Shown one piece after another: positions 54,860-64,000 of a DNA stretch of 64,000 nucleotides. Made by a program: the position numbers and the translations under genes. The stretch's first letter is position 1. Each line of letters opens with the position of its first letter. Below the pieces are notes generated by a model. It was not told where the DNA came from. It searched no databases and saw only the letters and a program-made list of their open reading frames with translations. The stretch is taken from NCBI GenBank assembly GCA_903813345.2, contig CAIIXF020000001.1, positions 12,214,001 to 12,278,000 of the forward strand, in the 5' to 3' direction. The DNA is from Owenia fusiformis. Its lineage: Eukaryota.

Positions 54860-55230
54860 ACTGTGTATGTGTATGGTCTACCAGGCTTCTAGCTTTTATA
54901 GCAAGAACTGTCAACTGATAGCCCCCTGTGTTGTATCAGTAGATATGGCGGGAACATTGCCCCACTAATCCTTACCAGACCCAGTGTGAATGAAACCCAA
55001 CCTCTGAGTTAGGGGCGGAGTTTGGATCAACTAGGATATCTTCACACCTATAAGGCCTGTTTCCTGCCTTCTTATCCTTATATGGCATAGCGCCCATTAC
55101 CAGACTAGAATCTAAGTCCCTCCCACCAGCGCCTGGTAACCTGTTGCCATGGCAACCTGACCTTTTGCTCAGGAGCTGTTTCTATGAGATATTTATAGTT
55201 TAGGGTTTGTAGTAGAGCTGATAAGTGAAG
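54860..55230 (-). promoter_or_regulatory. Candidate promoter of the miR-1/133 host
   Basis: TATAAAAG on minus (54900-54893), GC box GGGGCGGAGT (55012-55021), GATAAG (55071-55076, minus) abutting CArG CCTTATATGG (55076-55085), palindromic X-box GTTGCCATGGCAAC (55143-55156), further GATA near 55220. Lies ~0.9 kb upstream of miR-1 in the correct orientation. Confidence 0.6.
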
Positions 55231-58200
55231 TAAGCCTAACAGTAACAGACTCTCTTAGAACTTCTGATCAATGCCTTACAGTTCTAGCTGTAAAATAAAC
55301 TCTACGATGATTGATTTAGTATTTTATCATTCCTACACTATACACATTTATTTTTGTTTGTAACCACTCCCTCTAACCCAAAAAGGATTAAATAGATTAA
55401 GGCTGTGTTTTATTTCAGAATCCAAACAGTTTGAGGAACTTCTTTACTAAAATGAAATGATGAAAGTATTTGGTGAGGACTGAGCGAGACTCTAGAATAG
55501 TCTGAGATATCCCCCTCCCTTTGTATTCCATCATGTCTCTCTTGTTATTGTGAGCATTTGTGCTTTCATCCATAAATCCTCTTTGGGATGGCAGAGTAGA
55601 CACCCAACCTTCCGGTTGCAAGAGGGGCATGTTTTCACAGGTTTAGAGGATAGAAAAAATGCAAAACATCACTATTACACAATTATAATCACTTTTACAA
55701 ATACCAACGTCCATGTGGGGACTCAACTGTCATTACAGTGCCCATAAAATGTATTTGTTTATTGTGAATCGTGAAAGTGATTGGTAAGATAATTGATGCA
55801 AGAGGGGGAAGAACCTATACAAACAGGTATAATGCCCTCAATTTAATGATTGACAATTGAATATCTCTTTATTAAAATGTTTGTTTTTCTTCTTATTCTA
55901 GGGTATGTGAACATATGACGATAATTTTGTATTTTGTGATCTCCCAGGGATTTTTTCTAAGTGGGGGAGGCATTCATTCCTTGCCTCTCTCACAGGGTTA
56001 ACAATTGTTTAAAAACATCTTGATGTCCAATTAGCTTTATTAGCTCGCATAGGTGAGATATTGTTATCGCCCGCTTGTCTTCACATAGGTGAGCTATTGT
56101 TATCGCCCACTCCTCTTGTTTTTTGTGTATTATAACTACGTGATGTTCTTGGAGTATTTAGCTAACCATGGGATGAGAGTCCGGAGGGACAACTGGTACT
56201 TGGAGACACTGGGATGGTGGTTGAAATCAGGGGATTGTTTTCTTTTAGCCAAAAATTCTGTTATTGTCACTTCATTGCCCTTTCTTTTTTGTTCCTTTGC
56301 CATTTTTGATTAATTTGAGAATTTTTTTTTGATTTTTGAAATGACCAGCATGATCATTTAGAACTAGAAGTGGGACTGCTTAATTATATTCAAGACATTT
56401 ATAGATGTTTTGCAAAATGTTCAACTTTCATGAATAGAAAATGAAACCTCAGGATTGTGAAACAGTGTGACATTCTTTTTCTTATTATATTTAGGCAGTA
56501 ACATTATAAAACAGAATAATGAACATGTACTTTACATGTTTTGGCAATTAAATCTTAAATAAAATAGAATTCAGAAAATATTTCAAAAGATGTATGAATT
56601 AACATCATCAGGAATGTATTATCAAGGTGGTATATCATACATGTTATTCCAAATTAAGATTATATGATTTATTAACTTAATTAATTAAATTAGAATACTA
56701 TGTAATGACATGAAACATCCTGAAGTTGATATGTGTGAACTTTCATCATTATGATTAATATGTCATTCATAAATATTCATATTTCCTGCATCAGTTGCTC
56801 AACATTATAATTCCTGATCTACAAAAATAACAAGAATAGTTCAAAGACTCTGAAATAATTAATTATAAATATATAAAGAGACTGGTTTGTTTCTTTTAGC
56901 TGTCAAGAATAAGTGGCCTTGTTTGTAAAAATATTATTTTGCACCTCATAACCGAGATTATCAAGTTCTCAATGTTCAATAATCATTCCATACAAAGTCC
57001 ATTTTAGTAGTAAAAACATGTGTTAATAAATGTTGCTTGCATGTGAAAGTGATGTCACAATGAAGTAGCCTTGGTAATATATCCCATTGTCTCCTTAAGG
57101 AGAAGGTGCTCATCAAGATTGGGTCTCACCTAAGAGCAAGGCACTAACTAGAGTCTAAACAGAAACCATTTGAAAGATGTGCAGAAAATGTGTTAATTTG
57201 ATTGATGTTCAAATGAAATTATTATCAAAATGGAAATTAGTCTTTAAAATAACTACATGTATTAACTTAAGTTATATGCAGATATTGTGTTAAATGCTGT
57301 TAATTGAAAATTAATTTGACTTATTAAGAAATGTTTTGTTTCGATAGATTGGGTATATACCAAACCCTTGTACATTTCTTTAGAATGCTATGTATACATA
57401 TGTCAAGATTATAAAAAATTCTATCACACTCCCATTTATTTGGGAAATTTTGATGTAATCTGAAACTGATTGGAGTCTTTATTCAAATAGAGTATCTGAC
57501 TACAAATTCAGATTATCCATTTTGATATTTGGGCATTTCATGGATGTATCACATCTCTATCATGGTACCTAAATTCATGAATCAGAATTTTATCAGCACT
57601 GGTTAATGAGAATGTGGGATTTATAGGGTTAACAGGCTAACAGTAGCTTTGGCCAAGATAGCAGAACTACTGGTGGCATTGGGCCTAATCTTTTACCATT
57701 TTACCAGTCTAACATATGTTTCCCATCATGGAACAGGCCTTTCATTAACATAATCCAAAATATCAGCTTTCTCCTGCATAAATTAAACTCTCAGAGATTG
57801 GTGGAGCTACAAGAGAAACAAGAGCCAATAGAATCAACAATATTAGAGATATTTATCTTTAGACTGCCCTTCCTTCCAAGTAGACTAAATATAGAACATA
57901 GGTATACTTTCCCCCTCCCTCAGATCTATATCCCAAAAGGGATATCTCTACATTGGGCAGGAATTGCAATGTTCAAAACAAAAACAAGCAGCAGGTTTTA
58001 TATTAATGATGGTCTCATAGCAAATCAATGCCCTGAACTATATCTGAATTCCTGATTTTTGAATACTAAATTGTGATGAATTGAATATTTAAGATTTTAT
58101 AAGTAAAACAATGTTAATAAAAGTCAATACATGTGCTTTAGATATTATAGCCCATTTTCATAGAAATTCATCTATAATTCATTTCAGTAAGCCTTGGGAT

Positions 58201-59019
58201 AATTTGATAAATGATTTTTGACTACACTTTACGATATATATTTCTAATAAATCAAATTTTCCAGTTATATATTATGAATACAATGTCTACCATGGCCTCA
58301 TAGAAGCAATGAGAACAGGGAAAATAATGTATATGTAGTTTCTTTCTAGTTTGTACTTTGAGTGTATCTTCCCATTGTAATAATTGATTTTGACTTTTCC
58401 CAAAATCAATAATTTTGAGCAAGAGAGAAGTTTATTTGATCTATTGTTCCAATTTCCAGCTTATTAAGAAGATATAATATAATATTTTTACTGACTGTAT
58501 ATAATGTAAAAGCCTTTCTAGATATGGCTTTCAGTTTGAATATTTTTAGAATAAAAGAAAACTAGGCTCACATCAAGCCCCTATGCCTATGTCCCCCAAT
58601 TATTCTGTAGAAATAGATGGGGGCACAAGAGAATAAATGCAAGAATGGTATAACACTAAATGTCCTTTTTTACAATGGCATATCTATTATACAGTTCTAA
58701 TATATTAGTCTATAGTCAGATATATTTACTTTAAGTTTGTTGTTGTTTCAGATAGATGAAGTACAAGTCCATCATGCACATTAGTATAAATGTTGTATTT
58801 TTATACCAAACTCGGTATCCAGCAAATTTAATACCTAATGTTAATAGTTATCATATTTGCCAGTAAAACATGCCTGACTTCTTCATTGATATGCTGCATA
58901 TAATCCCTTGTTTAGCTACCTCATAAATATCCTGTTCATAATATAGACTGTATTCTGCCAAAATCAGTTATTGCTTTTGGCTTTCACTGGCTTAATAATC
59001 TGCCTAACAAACAAAAGCA

Positions 59020-59530
59020 AGAAGACAAAAGCAAGTCTATTGCAGATATTTAAGACAAGAGCAAGTATATTGTACATATCTAAAACAAAAGCAAGTCTAT
59101 TGCAGCTATTTAAGACAAGAGCAAGTATATTGTACATATCTAAAACAAATGCAAGTCTATTGCAGATATTTAAGACAAGAGCAAGTATATTGTACATATC
59201 TAAAACAAATGCAAGTCTATTGCAGATATTTAAGACAAGAGCAAGTATATTGTACATATCTAAAACAAAAGCAAGTATATTGCAGATATCTAAATCAAGA
59301 GTTCGAACATTGCAGATATCTAAGATAAGTGCAAGTTTATTGTAGATCATTTAAAACAAAAGCAAGTATTTTCTAGATATCTAAAACAAAAGCAAGTATA
59401 TTGCATATATACCTAGAATGAGAGCAATTGTATTCATATTTCTAAAACAAGAGCAAGTGTCTAAAACAAGAGTTAGAATAATGCAGACATTTGAGATAAG
59501 AGCAAGTATATTGCAGATATCCAAACAAAT
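59020..59530. repeat. 30-bp minisatellite with 60-bp higher-order dimer
   Basis: Alternating GCAAGTCTATTGCAGATATTTAAGACAAGA / GCAAGTATATTGTACATATCTAAAACAAAA. Confidence 0.93.
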
Positions 59531-62500
59531 GTAAGATCTGAAAATATCTTTAACAAGAGCATTATTTTTAAGATATATTTAGCAATGTGTATCTGAGGCA
59601 TAGTACTGTTTACACATACAGTATAATATCTATATCAAGTGCATGCCCATTGTTGATGATGCCATGAACATTTAGCCTAAATACTGATATACAGCACACT
59701 CCCATATTGTCCTTACCCCTTTTTGGTAAATGGACGTCTACATACATTTGTAAAAATTGCCATAAAATATTGTATTTTAAATGCCTGTTTTAAAAATAGA
59801 TCATAAGTTGAACTCTCCAAAGAGGTTGTGCATGCCAAAAGCGAAATATATTTGCATTCATCAAACACATTTACAAATGTTAGATGTGCACATGGAAAGC
59901 TTGGTGCAGAATGTCACTTTTAGTTGCTAATTTTTCCAGACTCAATGTTATTTCAATGGGATGTTTCAACAAAAATTGTGCTTAATTTGTCTAAATCTGA
60001 ATGCTCATCAAGATGTTTCCCTTCTTCTTGTCATAAAATATTTTAGACATGCCCTGGATTTTGAAAGAATCAATAATAATTTCTGGATTCTGACCTAGTC
60101 CTGTAGTGCTATTCTTAAGGGTATGATTAACCATGTGGAAAACCTTAGGTGATCCTTCAGTGTCATCATTTGGAATTTAATTTCTTTAGCATGACCAAGT
60201 TAGTCTTTAACCTGCTGGCAGAGTCTAGTTATAAACTAAAGACGAAGCTCTCTTTTAAGATATAAAGTCGAACAAATGCAAAGGGTAGCTAGTCTTGAGG
60301 TTTCATTATTGGGGATTATCATTTATAGTCTCGTTATGTCATTTATTGATATAAACAAGAACTCCTTTTATAATGTGAGTAACATTTTCTAAACATGAAC
60401 AAGCCTTGGTTGAACTTCAAAGCATAACTCATTCTATATCAGATACAGTAGAGGTTTTTCTCTATATCAGTAGACATAGAGTTGGTTCTGCCATACTTCA
60501 CCATCATATTCCCTCTTGCAAACTCTTCACATTACCTCTATCTCTAATGTACGTTGTCCTGTTCAACATTGTTGGGTGCTTTTCTGGGTTATTCTGTTCA
60601 TCATAAAACTTTCTAATCTAATGGCTCATTGATCATGTTTGTTTGTATCTGAAGAATCTTGTTGTCAACTACTCTATGAGATAATTCTTTAAAAAGCTTA
60701 TCTTCATGAGTACAAGTATACCAGTCTCTGATACTCAGAGTTATTGTCAACCAGTATAAGGTAGTTTCATGTTTCAAAGGAGTTGCAGCATTAAAAAGGA
60801 AATTATCATGATGCAATATTTTAATTAACGTTCAAGAGAAAGCCCATTGTTAAGGAAGGCACAGGTGCTATAAATTTTATGTGAGTCAACTAAATCATCT
60901 CCTTCTACTCTGTCTACCTTATACTGTATATATGAATTATACTATTCTACAATATTAAAAATGTGCATCATGTTAAGTTGAACTGAAAATAGAGATAAAT
61001 ATTAATAAATGTGAGGAAGTGTACTAGTATAGATATATATGATGATGTACCTGCAAATAAAAGTGATACCTAGATAATCTGTGTCTCCATATATTGTTGA
61101 TGATAAAAGTAGGCCATGTTTTTTATTTACCTTGAGATCTCCTGGCCTAAATCACTATGCCCATCGACTTTATTCCTTGCAAAAATCTCTGTTTTCCTCT
61201 GAAAAATACATGAACATTTTTATTCGAAGGGATTCATAGCTGGCTGGTTTGCTTTAAAGCTAGATCACCTGGTATAAAGCAAATATAAACAGCACATCCT
61301 TTCAACACTTTCATAAAAAATATGTGACCAAATATATTATATGGCCATTTACAGTATGAATGTAATTTAAACATATAAATAGTTATTTGAATTCATGTGA
61401 TAACTGTACTTCTTACTGAATGAGTTGAAATCAATCTCATTCTGTACTAGTAATTATTAAAGTCATAGTATTGAATTTATAATTGTTGATGAAGTTTATA
61501 ATGAGGGAAATAATGTAATATCCACTGGCAGTAAGTAAGGATAACTAGATCATTAAATCATTTTCAGTAATACTTAAGCTATATTGATTTCTGTATGATT
61601 AAACACAATTGGCTATTTTTGAAATATTCATGAATTTCTTAAAATAGACACGGGACTTAAAAATTGTTATTTTTATACCAATCGAACAGTCAACCAATGA
61701 TTTTGACAAATTTATTAGATATCAAGTGAGTTTCCATTGCCTGAGGTCATCATATCACACATATTTCACTTGTTATGAATTCCCATATAAACTGAGCTAC
61801 TCTGCTTGAATCAAGTAATTAATAAAAAATATGGATTATCGATTAGCGAAGCTTTTGTCACATTTTCTCTTCATTAGAAAGGATGTATAGCAAACAATTA
61901 TTGTATTGTAGTTGGGGTCTTTTGAGATAAGATACAAGATACCAAAAACATTAAGCATAAGAGGCTTATTTTAGATGTTTGATTTTATAACTTTCGCTGT
62001 ATAGATTGGGTAACACCAGCCCCCCCCCCTTCTGCCCCCCCACCCCCAACCATGAGAAATAAGAGTTTAAAAGAAACTACATGAAATTCCAGCATCTTCA
62101 ATAGACCCCCCTTCCAATAAAGTGTCTATTAAGATTAGTTACTGATTTCTTCATTAATACATTGTTAGTTTCATCTACAGGTTGACCCTTTCAAAGTCCT
62201 TTGAATGAACATAGTGCACCCCTGGCAAACAGTTCAATCGAACCCTCCATTTGTAAATGATTTATTGAGGCATAAATCACATATTAAAAGTGAATAAAAT
62301 ATTGATATATCTCGGCATAAACCTGTTTTATTTAATATTTTTCACAATCAAATACATGCCACATTTATGATATTATATTACATATTCTAAAAAACTACCA
62401 AAATTAATATATTTAGTTATTTTATTGCCACCCAAGTTGGGCAGATGAGTGCATTATAGCTGTGAACATACATCCCAACATACTGCTACTGGATTATCCC

Positions 62501-64000
62501 AAGCTACATATAATTAACAGATCTACATGGATTATCTAAATATAAATCGTAATCACAATCTGGGATATCTAGTATCAGTACATAGTAATGCATAATATTT
62601 CCCACATATGTTCAAGCTGGCATCTTCAATGATATCATCTATCATTATATCTATAGCATACACATGTGTGAAATTAGTCAAAGACATGGTCAGCTTCTGA
62701 CTGGCCACATCAGTGCCTATAAATAATATATCAACTACTTTACAAACCTGCTTATCTATTTCCTGGGATAATCTATCAGTGTCTTGATCCCTAATCTCTT
62801 CATCTGCTCATCTCTCTAATCTGTTGTCTCATTGTAGACATGTGGTTGCCATAGATTTCTAGATCCCCAAGTGTTTAGTGGCCATGTGGTATCCAGAATC
62901 TAGTTCAGTGTCCACAGTGTCTCTGTATTGTACGCATATTGAATGAGTATATTGGTTCAATTGCACTCTGATAACATAGAGCTATTCTTGTCATTTCATT
63001 CACTCAGTGACCTATGATACTATCAGCTGTTACACTGGCACTACATAATTGTTATACAATGTCTAATATATGCACATTGAGGACCAGTGAAGCTTGGACA
63101 GGGTTATTTTCAGGCCATTCACCAAGCTGGCATTCCATTTGGTCTTTCAGGCGGTAGCTTTCAGGCTAGCCTCGCTTCATATTACATTAATCTACCAGCC
63201 ATTCTCCATATTTAGTCTTACCCCAGTCAGTGTTGGTAAAAATAACTGTATTGTCAGTGAAGGGTAGAGGGGAGGAGGGTGGCTATGATGTTTGACCAAG
63301 TTCCTACCTCCTTACCCCCCTTATTTTATATTGTCCATTATCTATTGTTTCAGTGACCATATCATTAGTTTATCATCCCTGAATATACTTTCTATATCCT
63401 GGACTTTGATGTACCTATCTGATAAACTTCAGACAATCTTCTTCACTTTCGCTTATCTTATAAGAGTTCTGGGTCCTAGTCATCCGCAGTGGTGGCCCTG
63501 AACATGGATATCCTATCTGAAATATTTGTGAATGGATTAGAGGCAGATCTACTACCTTATAAAGGGGTAGTAGGATGCATACATACTCCATACATACATT
63601 AGCTACTGTGCATTTAATAAAATCATCACAGTGATATATATTGAAGTATGAATTTATATTTACTTAAAACCCTTTTTAATAGTTTATGCATGTTGACAAT
63701 GTTGCATTTAGTGCTATGATTGCTTATTTGCCATGCTGTACAGCCAATTGTTAGGATCGTTTGTCGATGTAATTACATGAGTTAATTCATTTTTTCTTTG
63801 TCAGTCCAATAATCTCTTCCTTCCTACTGTACTTAACATTATTGGTTAATAACAGGCAGTTTTCACGTTAACGACATACTATGCTATAATATTCTCGTTC
63901 CAAATTACAATGTGATTTGAATGCTAATAACCGAGTCATCATAGCACTGAATGAAGTTTGATGGGAGATAAACTGTAGAAAAGCCCTGTATGTATTCATT

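Larger units (their letters stand above)
40639..54870 (-). ncRNA. Putative spliced non-coding pri-miR-1/133 host transcript, antisense in the MIB1 intron
   Basis: Minus-strand segments bounded by consensus splice sites: ~54870-54665 (|gtgagt), 54317-53815 (ttttcag| ... |gtgagt; holds miR-1), 45827-45681, 42578-42326, 42107-41601 (|gtaagt; holds miR-133), 40749-40639/40646. None has a sustained ORF. Exon connectivity is inferred. Confidence 0.55.

Overview
AT-rich metazoan genomic DNA from an invertebrate bilaterian (lophotrochozoan-like by inference), with spliceosomal introns. It holds three protein-coding genes. (1) An intronless four-TM MS4A/CD20-like ORF (2399-3253,+). (2) NOC2L (minus, 15 coding exons, 16013 to ~4517). 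(3) The 5' part of mind bomb 1 (MIB1; plus, 13 coding exons, 16136-31699), whose ATG lies head-to-head with the NOC2L ATG only 122 nt away. No further MIB1 exon was found after 31699, so the remaining >32 kb appears to be one very large MIB1 intron. Antisense within it lie the muscle microRNAs miR-1 (mature 53922-53943) and miR-133 (mature 41667-41688). Each hairpin sits in a splice-site-bounded segment of an apparent multi-exon non-coding host transcript, with a candidate promoter (TATA, GC box, CArG, GATA, perfect RFX X-box) at ~54.87-55.23 kb. Introns carry many transposons: a 5'-truncated PHD-ORF1 CR1-type LINE nested in a Helentron-associated (HINE/DINE-1/pearl-like) element, satellite-bearing HINEs, a fossil long-TIR DD41D Tc1/mariner, and MITEs with 5-, 8- and 9-bp TSDs. 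Tandem duplications of NOC2L splice junctions create decoy donors and acceptors. All homology calls are by eye and from memory; no searches were run.
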